Virus record (IMG/VR): IMGVR_UViG_3300036762_000065
Location: 64,001-128,000 of that record
Length of the DNA: 64,000 nucleotides
Strand: one strand, 5' to 3'
Source: a virus
Taxonomy: Duplodnaviria > Caudoviricetes
Each line of letters starts with the position of its first letter. The first letter of the stretch is position 1. The notes below the pieces were generated by a model. The model saw only the letters and a list, made by a program, of their open reading frames with translations, was not told where the DNA came from and searched no databases. Positions 20,531 through 29,302 of the stretch are shown here, piece by piece. Made by a program: the position numbers and the translations under genes.

Positions 20531-20962
20531 TTGTGGTATATTACGCTGTATAGCAATGATGTGCAATGGAATATAATTACTGACTTATGTAAATATAAAA
20601 TAGGCGTTGCTTCTGGATATTCTTACGGTAATGAATTCGACAATACCGACTGCTTAAAATCCACTGTCGAGGCAGTTACTTTGGAAGAGCAGAATTTAAA
20701 GAAGTTGTTGGCCAAAACTATAGACATTACGTTTATGGACGACACTGCCGCAACATACTTGATTAGAAAAAATCTAAACTCAAGCAGTAAGTTAATTAAA
20801 TTAGGAACTAGACAACCTTTAACATCGTTGAGTGTACATCTCGTTTGCTCTAAGAATAACACCTCATGTTATAATGTTATCCGTAAGTTTAATGAAGGAC
20901 TGCGTATACTTAACGCTGACGGCACTATAGATTCCATAGTACGCAAATCGTTAGTATATTGA
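20531..20962 (+). pseudogene. C-terminal fragment of a family 3 (amino-acid) periplasmic solute-binding protein
   Basis: IGV..GYSYG.EFD, EQNLKKLL...ID, HL..SK and FN.GL..L..DGT...I match SBP_bac_3; the signal peptide, the N-terminal lobe and a clear RBS are missing. Confidence 0.6.
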
Positions 20963-21009
20963 AAAATACTAATTTTATTGTAACACAAACCAACGCCAGG
21001 AAATTACAA

Positions 21010-21534
21010 ATGAAAATATCTTTAGATTTAAACGGCTATGAGTCTGATTCTGCCGAAGCTTTAACTAGAGACGAAAAATCTCTACAAACTGCAATTACAA
21101 GGCTCGCCCGCTACAAAGAAAAAATAGCTGCTACTGTTACTAGAATACGTACACTAAAGTCAAAAGTAAAAGCTGCCGGACGTAGCGGCAGAGTAGCTGC
21201 TAAACCAAAAGCCGGTAAAGCTCCTGCTGCTAAACCAAAAGCCGGTAAAGCTCCTGCTGCTAAACCTCTCAGCAAACGAGGAGCAGCTCAAAGAGAAGCC
21301 GTTAAAGCTCCTGCTAAAGCTCCTGCTAAACCTGCTGCTGATGCTAAGTCACCTGCTCAGGTACACAGAGAACTTGTCCAGAAGTATGCTGCGTTGAATA
21401 AACGTGTGGAAGCAGCATACAAACGAAAGGATTACATTAAAGCTAAAAAGTTAAATGCTCAACTTGTTGAGTTGAATAAAAAGGTTAAGGCTGCGATGAA
21501 GGCAGATATGGAATCTCGTGTAAGCAAAAAATAA
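21010..21534 (+). CDS. Lys/Ala-rich basic (histone-like) protein, possibly a head DNA-binding protein
   Basis: ATG 21010 after AGGA; AAKPKAGKAP repeats; leader MKISLDLNGYESDS. Confidence 0.7.
   Translation: MKISLDLNGYESDSAEALTRDEKSLQTAITRLARYKEKIAATVTRIRTLKSKVKAAGRSGRVAAKPKAGKAPAAKPKAGKAPAAKPLSKRGAAQREAVKAPAKAPAKPAADAKSPAQVHRELVQKYAALNKRVEAAYKRKDYIKAKKLNAQLVELNKKVKAAMKADMESRVSKK
21196..21266 (+). repeat. 30-bp tandem repeat (about 2.3 copies) encoding AAKPKAGKAP
   Basis: gctgctaaaccaaaagccggtaaagctcct twice, then gctgctaaacc. Confidence 0.9.
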
Positions 21535-21561
21535 ATAAACCGAAACATTTAAGGTAACACT

Positions 21562-22311
21562 ATGAGCCACATGCAATCTATAAGTTTTTCTTTAGGTCAA
21601 AAACCAACAGAGCTTCGCGGAATCAGCGGCAAATCTAACTCTATTAATCTAAACAAAGAAGTTACAGGAGCCTCTGAAGGTCGAACTATAGATGCTAATA
21701 TGTGGCTTCCTCGTGCAGCCGAAGTATACCAGATAAGTCCTAAGCTTTCTGATTATATACTTGTTCCTGTACCTAGTCTTATAAGTGATATAAGTAATAC
21801 AAACGGCGACTCTGTTTCTAAAGCAGAGTTGCTTCGCTTTCATCCTGATCAAGGCTGTCTTGCATATCAAACGTGGAAAGGGAAGCCTACCCATGTAGAA
21901 CACGCCAATAAGGATATAACTAAAGCTAAAGGAATTATCCTTGACGTTTTCTTACGTCCTATGGCTAGATATCACGGAAACCATGTTAAAGTTATAAAGC
22001 TCCTTGCATTTGATAGAACTAAAGATGAGACTCTTTGCAATAACATACTTGAGCGTAAGGTAAATACATACAGTTTAGGTATGTGGTTCAAGAGTTACAC
22101 CTGCACAATATGTAACAATCAAGTAGGTCAAAACTTCGGGCGTATGTGTGTACATACAAAACCTAGAAAACCTATCTATCAGCAACCGGATGGTAAATTG
22201 GCTTACAGACAGTGTGAGAATATCATAGGTTTCGAGACCTCTGTAGTATTGGACCCTGCATACGTAGTAGCCTTGTCCGATCATTTGATTGATGTTAGTA
22301 AATTTGCTTGA
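21562..22311 (+). CDS. candidate prohead (head maturation) protease with a Cys/His metal-binding insert
   Basis: N.NGD, GKPTHVEH (candidate catalytic His), KG.ILD, YSLG (candidate catalytic Ser), CTIC...C.H and ETS.V.DPA, resembling HK97/herpes-fold phage proteases; lies upstream of the scaffold and capsid genes. Confidence 0.6.
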   Translation: MSHMQSISFSLGQKPTELRGISGKSNSINLNKEVTGASEGRTIDANMWLPRAAEVYQISPKLSDYILVPVPSLISDISNTNGDSVSKAELLRFHPDQGCLAYQTWKGKPTHVEHANKDITKAKGIILDVFLRPMARYHGNHVKVIKLLAFDRTKDETLCNNILERKVNTYSLGMWFKSYTCTICNNQVGQNFGRMCVHTKPRKPIYQQPDGKLAYRQCENIIGFETSVVLDPAYVVALSDHLIDVSKFA

Positions 22312-22318
22312 TACTCCT

Positions 22319-22756
22319 ATGATACAGATTCAGATATCTTTGTCTGCTAATGAATTGAAGGTTGAATCCGTTGTTGAGAATATGTACAAGGAGCTCCGCA
22401 GTACAAGAACAGGTAAAAGCTCTTGTCACACGCGAACTATAGCCTACATAAAAGAAAAACCTTGTATAGATTGTCAAATAGTTATCACATACGCACCTGA
22501 TGTTAGGAATGAAGGTAACGAATTTGCTGTACATTCATTTGTAAAAGAAAATGCAACAGATACTATTGAGTTCGACAGTCAGCACGGAACTATTAGAAAT
22601 AACATTTATTACAATACAGAAGTAATAAAATCAAAAGGTAAGGAGTATAAAATACCCAGACAGCATTTAATGAAGCACTCCTATAACCTAGATATTTCTG
22701 CGTTTAAGGCAGCTAAAAGTGCTGCCGAAGCTGTATCATTATTAAGAAAGACTTAA
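22319..22756 (+). CDS. hypothetical protein with MIQIQISLS leader
   Basis: ATG 22319, in frame with the ORF-track call. Confidence 0.6.
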   Translation: MIQIQISLSANELKVESVVENMYKELRSTRTGKSSCHTRTIAYIKEKPCIDCQIVITYAPDVRNEGNEFAVHSFVKENATDTIEFDSQHGTIRNNIYYNTEVIKSKGKEYKIPRQHLMKHSYNLDISAFKAAKSAAEAVSLLRKT

Positions 22757-22836
22757 CATCCGCTCCGAATTAATACTCCGAGGTCACCGCTCGTTACTTC
22801 CCTTATGCGGTTTTTCTAAAGCACCCTGTAGTATTG

Positions 22837-22923
22837 CGCTTATTTTACGGGACAGACTATGCCGTCCCAGCAATATAGTTTTTGTACAACTACACGCACC
22901 GTACAATTACCGTAAAATAAGCG
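22837..22923. repeat. perfect 14-bp inverted repeat enclosing smaller stems
   Basis: cgcttattttacgg (22837-22850) / ccgtaaaataagcg (22910-22923). Confidence 0.8.
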
Positions 22924-23089
22924 TCCCTCTCTATTTTAAACTGCATAAAAAATCCTTCTTATTTTTTCTTATTTTTCCTGTTTTTCTTAATTTATACTTG
23001 AATTTGATAAAATGTTTTTTATATTCGTTTTGTCTATTTGCGACCTTACTCGGTCGTCATTTAACCTAACTCCATCCTAGGAGATTGAA

Positions 23090-25483
23090 ATGTCTAAGAC
23101 CCGAACAAACGACACCAAAACAGTACTTAGAGGTATCGTAGTTGCCGGGAACTCACGACAAGATGTTGAGGAGAACTATCGTTCAGTAGTAACTGGAGTG
23201 TCTGTAAAAGCACTACAGCCTGAAGATAATTCTTTCACTATTTTAAGCAACGCCGATGCCGACATTAGTTTATTTAATCCACTTACAGGTATGTTGGATT
23301 TAGTAACCGCAAGTGACGATTTAATTGGTCGTATGGAATTCCTAGCTTCTGATAGTGAACAAAAAGTTACTGCCTTCTACTCGCTATGTAGCGACAGTGA
23401 AGGTAACGGCTGCAACTCTCATCTTATCGCTGATGACCCTGAGCTACTGAAACATTGCCCAGTATGTGCATCAACATTAAAAATGTTGGATGAAGATGAT
23501 ATCAATGAACTACTTAGTAGTTCAAGTGACGATGAAGACGATGATTGTCCTGATTGCTCCGAAGATAGTATTATTTCGGTTGCCAATTCGTATGAGGAAG
23601 CCCAAGAAGCCTACTACGAACTTGTATCAGGTACGGCAGAACCGTTTGGAATTCGTTGCGAATACGCCACAATCCTGTCAAATGTAGACTCTTCTGAGTT
23701 TTCACACAGTCCATTTACATCAAAAGCTAGTGCAGATGTTGATTTGGATGATTTTGACACAGAAGCTATTGCTAGTGCTGGAGCTGGAGAACAAACTGCC
23801 AACTACTATGTATGTGCAAACACAGAAGGTTGTGGTAAACATATTATTTCCAGTTCAGATAATCCTGTATTCTGTCCTTCCTGTTCTTCCGGTCTCATTG
23901 AGCCTGAAGATGATCCTGAGGCGATTGCTTCTGATAAGGAAACTGAGTTGGGTAAGGAGGATGCTATTAATACTCTGTTAGGCGAGAAAGGCAACATAGT
24001 TGCAGTTGCCGCTACTGCAAAAGAAGCAAAAGCTCAATTTATCAGTCTATCAAGATTAGAAAACGATGATGTTCATACATATGATTGCGAAGGTACTGTA
24101 GTCGCATCTAATATTGATAACTCGGAGTTTTCCTTCAGTCCTTTTGACGGTGAATCCGTTTCAGAGGTTGATGTTTCTGATGACTTTGAAATTGAAATCA
24201 TTGCATCCGGTTCCAAGCAAAATATCGAAGCGCATCATTACGTATGTTCCGCAGATGATGAATGCGGTATGCATATAGTTGCTTCTGTAGAAGTAGAAAG
24301 CTGCCCTTCATGTTCTTCCGGCCTTATTGAGCCTGAATCAACTTCTTCCGACGATGAAGAGGACGATTACGATGAAGAGGATGAAGAGGAAGACTTTGAA
24401 GACGATGACGAAGATGATGACGATGACGACTTCGACTCTGAGTCTGCTGCCGAAGAAGAGGAATATATAAACTCTTTATCTTCCGAAGACCTCGATGATT
24501 ATTTAGACTCTTTATCTTCGGATGACGAGGATGATTCTGACGATGACGAGGATGATTCTGACGATGACGAGGATGATTCTGACGATGACGAGGATGATGA
24601 TGATGGTGATGATGACTCGGACAATACCTTATCAGTCTCTTCTGTAAAATTCAAGTCTTCTAAGAGAAAGCCGGAAGACTCTACCGTTGCTGTTAGCTTG
24701 TTGTCTATCGCATCTTCCTATGAAGAATACGATGCAGCTAAACTTGAAGTATCTTGTGCAGGTACAATCCAAAACGAAACAACTTGGATTGCATTTTATG
24801 ACGGAATGCCTGTAGCAAAAGCCACAGCGTCTAATGCACTTAAGCATTCTGATATCTTCAATAAGCCTCTGTTCGGTAACGCCTTCTTAGCTACCGCTAA
24901 AGAAAATTCCGTGCAAGAAGCTTTAAGTGCTTTCGGCTTTAAAGAGTTTTGTCCTGAGTTTAACGTGGAATCACACGTTGAAAACGAGATAGCTACTCAG
25001 GTAGAAGCCAAAGTTAAAGATGTTGAAGATAAGCATCAAACAGAATCTAATGATTACAATGAACGTATGCAATCGGCGCTTGCTACTGCTGCTCAAGGTA
25101 TCAATAGAAACTTCTTCAAAGGTATCGTTAACCCTAACCCTATTAAGACAGCACTTGCTTCAAGTTTGGCAGCCGCTGGTTTACGGGAGCCGGAAGCTAT
25201 TATAGCTAAAGCCTTTGCAGATCATTCGGACGCATATCATAAGAATTTGATTAATAAAGCTTCGGAAATTGTAGCTAAGTCTATTGAAATTCAAAATGAA
25301 CTTGCGGAAGCCGTTGCCGGTAGTAACCCAAGCACAAATACTGATACTGTTGTCCCTATAGGCACCCCTGCTAAATTACCTACGCAGAAACCTATGGAAT
25401 CAACATCGTCTGTATCTTCTGGGGAAAAACCTGCATTCTCTCGTATGGATGCAATCCTGGCTGGCTTAGGTCAGCGGAAATAA
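23090..25483 (+). CDS. acidic prohead core/scaffolding-like protein with three Cys-rich repeats
   Basis: AGGAG RBS; three modules ending C...GC..H...CP.C; Asp/Glu tract; helical C-terminus; sits just upstream of the capsid genes. Confidence 0.65.
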   Translation: MSKTRTNDTKTVLRGIVVAGNSRQDVEENYRSVVTGVSVKALQPEDNSFTILSNADADISLFNPLTGMLDLVTASDDLIGRMEFLASDSEQKVTAFYSLCSDSEGNGCNSHLIADDPELLKHCPVCASTLKMLDEDDINELLSSSSDDEDDDCPDCSEDSIISVANSYEEAQEAYYELVSGTAEPFGIRCEYATILSNVDSSEFSHSPFTSKASADVDLDDFDTEAIASAGAGEQTANYYVCANTEGCGKHIISSSDNPVFCPSCSSGLIEPEDDPEAIASDKETELGKEDAINTLLGEKGNIVAVAATAKEAKAQFISLSRLENDDVHTYDCEGTVVASNIDNSEFSFSPFDGESVSEVDVSDDFEIEIIASGSKQNIEAHHYVCSADDECGMHIVASVEVESCPSCSSGLIEPESTSSDDEEDDYDEEDEEEDFEDDDEDDDDDDFDSESAAEEEEYINSLSSEDLDDYLDSLSSDDEDDSDDDEDDSDDDEDDSDDDEDDDDGDDDSDNTLSVSSVKFKSSKRKPEDSTVAVSLLSIASSYEEYDAAKLEVSCAGTIQNETTWIAFYDGMPVAKATASNALKHSDIFNKPLFGNAFLATAKENSVQEALSAFGFKEFCPEFNVESHVENEIATQVEAKVKDVEDKHQTESNDYNERMQSALATAAQGINRNFFKGIVNPNPIKTALASSLAAAGLREPEAIIAKAFADHSDAYHKNLINKASEIVAKSIEIQNELAEAVAGSNPSTNTDTVVPIGTPAKLPTQKPMESTSSVSSGEKPAFSRMDAILAGLGQRK
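24521..24597 (+). repeat. 21-bp tandem repeat (3+ copies) encoding DDEDDSD
   Basis: gatgacgaggatgattctgac three times, plus a partial copy. Confidence 0.9.
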
Positions 25484-25531
25484 CCCCATTTTTTAGATAA
25501 AAATCTTAATATGCCCCAGGAGGGATTGTAC

Positions 25532-26215
25532 ATGATTAATCAAAAATATACTCGTATCTTTGATACCGAGCACCACAACGTAGAAACTGCTGCAAGTATT
25601 CCTGATGAAGGTATTGCGTTAGTTTTCGTTAAAGAGAATGACCTTACTGTTGTTACTCAAAGTAAGGGTGTTGCAGGTGAAGTTTTTGCAGGAGTTTCTC
25701 TTGCTCGTAACACACCTCCGTTGTTCGTACCATTCGTGTATGAAGGTGTTGTGGACTCAGCCTCAGGTCTTGAGTTGCCGCGCACTCCAATTACAGGTCA
25801 GATCCTTGTTAGGGTTGACGGCGCTGCTGCTACTATAGTTGCAACAGTACCTGCTTCTGCAAGCGAAGTTCAATTAGTAGATAAAAACCTAACATTCCAC
25901 GCTGCTGCTAACGGTAAAACTTTGGCTGTACAGTTCATGTATGAGCCTACTGTAACAGAAGCTCGTCAGTATAAAGGTGATGTTGCTGTTGGCGGACTGT
26001 CTGCTACTGCACAAGGCGTTATCGGCGTTATCACACGAGGTACTGTGTCTACTACTTACTTTAATGCTGCTGATGATTGGACAGGTGCTCTTTCTGTTAA
26101 GCTCGGTGCTGACGGTATGTTCACTGTAAGCGGCCCCGGTGAAGTAGTTCCTAACTGTACAGTTATGTCTTCGCCTAGTGCAGGTAACCCAACCTTAGGT
26201 TTACGAATTGGTTAA
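25532..26215 (+). CDS. head structural protein (decoration/minor capsid candidate)
   Basis: ATG 25532 after AGGAGG; beta-rich; directly upstream of the major capsid gene. Confidence 0.6.
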   Translation: MINQKYTRIFDTEHHNVETAASIPDEGIALVFVKENDLTVVTQSKGVAGEVFAGVSLARNTPPLFVPFVYEGVVDSASGLELPRTPITGQILVRVDGAAATIVATVPASASEVQLVDKNLTFHAAANGKTLAVQFMYEPTVTEARQYKGDVAVGGLSATAQGVIGVITRGTVSTTYFNAADDWTGALSVKLGADGMFTVSGPGEVVPNCTVMSSPSAGNPTLGLRIG

Positions 26216-26268
26216 TAAGCCATTTTTGTCTACGCTATAAATTTAATTGAATTTTCGGAGAAACATAT

Positions 26269-27360
26269 ATGAAATCCAATACACAAGGCGCCAGAATGGT
26301 TCTTGCTAACGGCGACCCAATTACCGAACTGCGTTTGGGCAAATCGCACTCTAGCGCACTCGACCAAAAAACTGGCGAGTTTAACGCACACAATACAAAA
26401 GAACTTTTGCAACAGATCAGTGGATTGATGCAAGCGGTTGCTAACGGTCAGGTTGTTGAAGACACTATGCAGTCTGTTAGTTCTTCTGATGAGCGCCGTG
26501 AACTTCTTGCGAGTGCCATGAACGATGAAACAGGACAACAGTGGGCAGCACTTGGTGCAGGTCTTGCTAGACAGATCAACGAGCAAACTGACCGTGAAGG
26601 TTTCTTGCGCCGTATCTGTAGCGGTAATACGTTACGTCAAGGCGAAATTGCACGTATTCCAATGCCACAGCATGATACGTTTGCTGTAGTAGCAACCACA
26701 GCATCTAACATGGGCTACCAGACTATCCGTCAGCGTCTTTTTACTCCTGATGAGTTTGAGATTCAAGCTAACGTTCGCGTTGAAGCTTTGGACATCGAAC
26801 AAGTTAACGGTGATCTTTTGGAAAACGCTTACAACGACGGTCTGCAAGCTATTATGGTTGCAGAAGATCGTCTATGGAGACAAGCTGCGGATATGACTGT
26901 CGGTATCACTAACGATCTGGAATTGATCGCAGGCGAACTTACAACTAAGTCATTAGGTAACTTACGTCAAGCTGTAAGCCGTTGGAATTTACCTGCAACT
27001 ACTGCACTGATTTCAAATGATTTCTGGTCAGACATTATTGGAAGTAACGACTTCGCTACATTCCTTGATCCTATTACAAAATATGATCTTGCTATGAACG
27101 GTCAGTTGGGTACTCTAGTAGGTCTGAGTTTGATCACGGATGCTTTCCGTCAGCCAAACCAGAAAGTACTTGCTCCTGGTGAAATTTACATTCTTGCAAG
27201 TCCTGAAAATCATGCATCGTATACTACCCGTGGCGGTATCCGGTCTACTCCTACTACTGGAGCTAACCAAGGTAACAGCACACGCGGTTGGTTTATGTCA
27301 GAACCGTTTAGCTTTGTACTCGCTAACAATCGTTCTGTAGCAAAAGGAAAACGTATCTAA
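26269..27360 (+). CDS. major capsid protein
   Basis: 363 aa; GGAG RBS; HK97-fold-like features (helix AYNDGLQAIMVAEDRLW, GQLGTLVGL.LITD, GEIYIL); followed by a strong terminator; follows the scaffold gene. Confidence 0.85.
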   Translation: MKSNTQGARMVLANGDPITELRLGKSHSSALDQKTGEFNAHNTKELLQQISGLMQAVANGQVVEDTMQSVSSSDERRELLASAMNDETGQQWAALGAGLARQINEQTDREGFLRRICSGNTLRQGEIARIPMPQHDTFAVVATTASNMGYQTIRQRLFTPDEFEIQANVRVEALDIEQVNGDLLENAYNDGLQAIMVAEDRLWRQAADMTVGITNDLELIAGELTTKSLGNLRQAVSRWNLPATTALISNDFWSDIIGSNDFATFLDPITKYDLAMNGQLGTLVGLSLITDAFRQPNQKVLAPGEIYILASPENHASYTTRGGIRSTPTTGANQGNSTRGWFMSEPFSFVLANNRSVAKGKRI

Positions 27361-27387
27361 CAAATACGTTTTTTAAAGAACAAAATG

Positions 27388-27423
27388 AAAGCAGGGTAGA
27401 TCAGCGTCCTCCCTGCTTTTTTT
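27388..27423 (+). terminator. intrinsic terminator
   Basis: aaagcaggg...ccctgc followed by T7. Confidence 0.8.
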
Positions 27424-27447
27424 ACGTCTAGTTAATGCAGGAATTGT

Positions 27448-27741
27448 ATGAAAATACAAATATCATTATGCGGCAAGGTAGTCAATAATAAGAAACATAG
27501 GTATAATCTTCCTGTCTCTAAAAAACACAGCCCGGAAATAAAAGAACTTCTTGCACAACTAAAGGACGTTCGCGCATCTATAAAAGCTATAGGTAGACAC
27601 ATAGCAAAAGGTAATGAATTTATACATATACGCATAGGCTATAAAAAAGACACACCTATAAAAACATTGCAAAAACAAGAACAAAAGATCATTTCTAAAC
27701 TTCACGCTTTAGGTTTGGATGTAAACCTTTTCAAGGGATAA
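27448..27741 (+). CDS. small basic protein with MKIQISLC leader
   Basis: AGGA RBS; Lys-rich, 97 aa. Confidence 0.65.
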   Translation: MKIQISLCGKVVNNKKHRYNLPVSKKHSPEIKELLAQLKDVRASIKAIGRHIAKGNEFIHIRIGYKKDTPIKTLQKQEQKIISKLHALGLDVNLFKG

Positions 27742-27796
27742 GTTAAACACAACAGAATTTAATAATTTAATGTATAATCAACCAGTTAGGTGTCCC

Positions 27797-28369
27797 ATGA
27801 GCGAACTCAAAGATATGTTAGCACTGTCTTTTCTTGCGTTTAAGCAAGGTAAGTTTGATGAGGCGTCTAAGTTTTTTGTGTCTGCAATGGGCATGGAAGG
27901 CTTGGATACTTTCATAAGTGAAATAACAAATAATCCCCCTGTTGCAAAAAATGTTGTAAATGTACCAAACACCGAAAATACGTTTGCCCCTTCATTATCA
28001 GGTACAGACGATATTGATACTATAGTGTCTAGGGTGTCTTCTATATTTGAAGCTAATGCTAGTTCTTTGTACGACTTAGGCGATTACGAGGAAGAAGCTA
28101 GAAGTTCGTTTGAAGATGACGAAGACGGTACTGTACTTTCTTCGGAGGAGTGTTGTGGCAATGCTCCGTGTAAGCGCACAGCAAGCGGTACTTGCCCTGT
28201 ATATAACCCAGAACCTGAAGAGTACGAGAACAAAGAAGAAGAACCTGAGAGCGATGAAGATTTTGTTCCTGTAACTATACAGTTAGATGAACTAGATGAC
28301 AATAGTGTGGTTGTTGCAACAGGATATATCAAGTTGAAACCTATAGGTCATGTAAAACTTAAATTGTAG
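27797..28369 (+). CDS. acidic head-associated hypothetical protein
   Basis: ATG 27797 after AGGTG (the ORF extends back to 27770); acidic, with a Cys cluster. Confidence 0.6.
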   Translation: MSELKDMLALSFLAFKQGKFDEASKFFVSAMGMEGLDTFISEITNNPPVAKNVVNVPNTENTFAPSLSGTDDIDTIVSRVSSIFEANASSLYDLGDYEEEARSSFEDDEDGTVLSSEECCGNAPCKRTASGTCPVYNPEPEEYENKEEEPESDEDFVPVTIQLDELDDNSVVVATGYIKLKPIGHVKLKL

Positions 28370-28376
28370 GTGATTT

Positions 28377-29045
28377 ATGGACAATGAATTAAATTTCAAT
28401 CTATTGTCAGGAACCCAGTACGCTAACACGCCACTCTATGCTAGTTTTCTTGGCCTAAGACAGACGTTTGCAAAGCATTTGGGTATTAGTTCAAATATAC
28501 CTATAATTACACACAACAACCAAAAAGCTATATTACGCAAAGAGCGTAATTCAAGCTATCCTTATGCGTACATTCTATTGAGTGGTCTTAAAGTTGTTAG
28601 AGACCAAGAGCCTAATAAAAGTATTGCACGTAGAGGTAGCCATATATCTACACAATCCGCTACTAATGCAACAGTAGCCAAAGGGTATTTGTTTAAAGCG
28701 GAAATAAACTTTGAACTACACTGGCTGCACAATCAGATAACCGATGTAATTATGTTTATAGAAAAAATGTCTATACTAGGTGCAATAGACGCATTTACAT
28801 TCAATGTCACTGTGCCTAATGTGCCTGAGTGGGTAGCAACTGTAGAACTTCCTGACGGAGAGATAGCAATACCTCGTGCAGAACTCGATGACCCCGCTGA
28901 ACCGGGTGCAATGGACATTGCAATTCAGATGGTTCTAAAGACTAGAATAGGTATTGTTAAAGATGTTCCAAAAGTAAACAATCAAGGTCTAGTTACACAA
29001 ACTGTCGGTGTAGGTAACTCCTCTACAGGGGAAATTGAATCGTGA
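28377..29045 (+). CDS. virion structural protein (neck/tail-completion candidate)
   Basis: YPYAYI motif and alternating beta pattern; located between head and tail genes. Confidence 0.5.
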   Translation: MDNELNFNLLSGTQYANTPLYASFLGLRQTFAKHLGISSNIPIITHNNQKAILRKERNSSYPYAYILLSGLKVVRDQEPNKSIARRGSHISTQSATNATVAKGYLFKAEINFELHWLHNQITDVIMFIEKMSILGAIDAFTFNVTVPNVPEWVATVELPDGEIAIPRAELDDPAEPGAMDIAIQMVLKTRIGIVKDVPKVNNQGLVTQTVGVGNSSTGEIES

Positions 29046-29302
29046 AAATCCAGATAAGTTTATCCAATCAAGCAGCTAAGAACAATATAAAAACACAACG
29101 TATGCAAATAAAAAGTCTGAGGGACAGACTGTCTCGGGTACGTGATGTTATGAAGCGGTTGCGAGAAAGGAAAAAAAGATTTGAACAACAGTATGAACAA
29201 CAGTCAGAAGCAATAAACGTTAAAATACAAAACATAGAACAAGCCATAGAACGTAATCAAAGTAGAATAGCTAAAAACAAACAAGAGGTGGATACCAAAT
29301 GA
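29042..29302 (+). CDS. small basic coiled-coil protein with MKIQISLS leader
   Basis: GTG start overlapping the upstream stop; heptad pattern. Confidence 0.65.
   Translation: MKIQISLSNQAAKNNIKTQRMQIKSLRDRLSRVRDVMKRLRERKKRFEQQYEQQSEAINVKIQNIEQAIERNQSRIAKNKQEVDTK

Noticed and set aside
20171-20962. Amber (TAG) stop-codon reassignment, suggested by in-frame TAGs at 20528 and 49724
   Set aside because: TAG cleanly ends recognisable genes (dcd, hemerythrin, globin, HDOD), and long genes are unbroken under the standard code.
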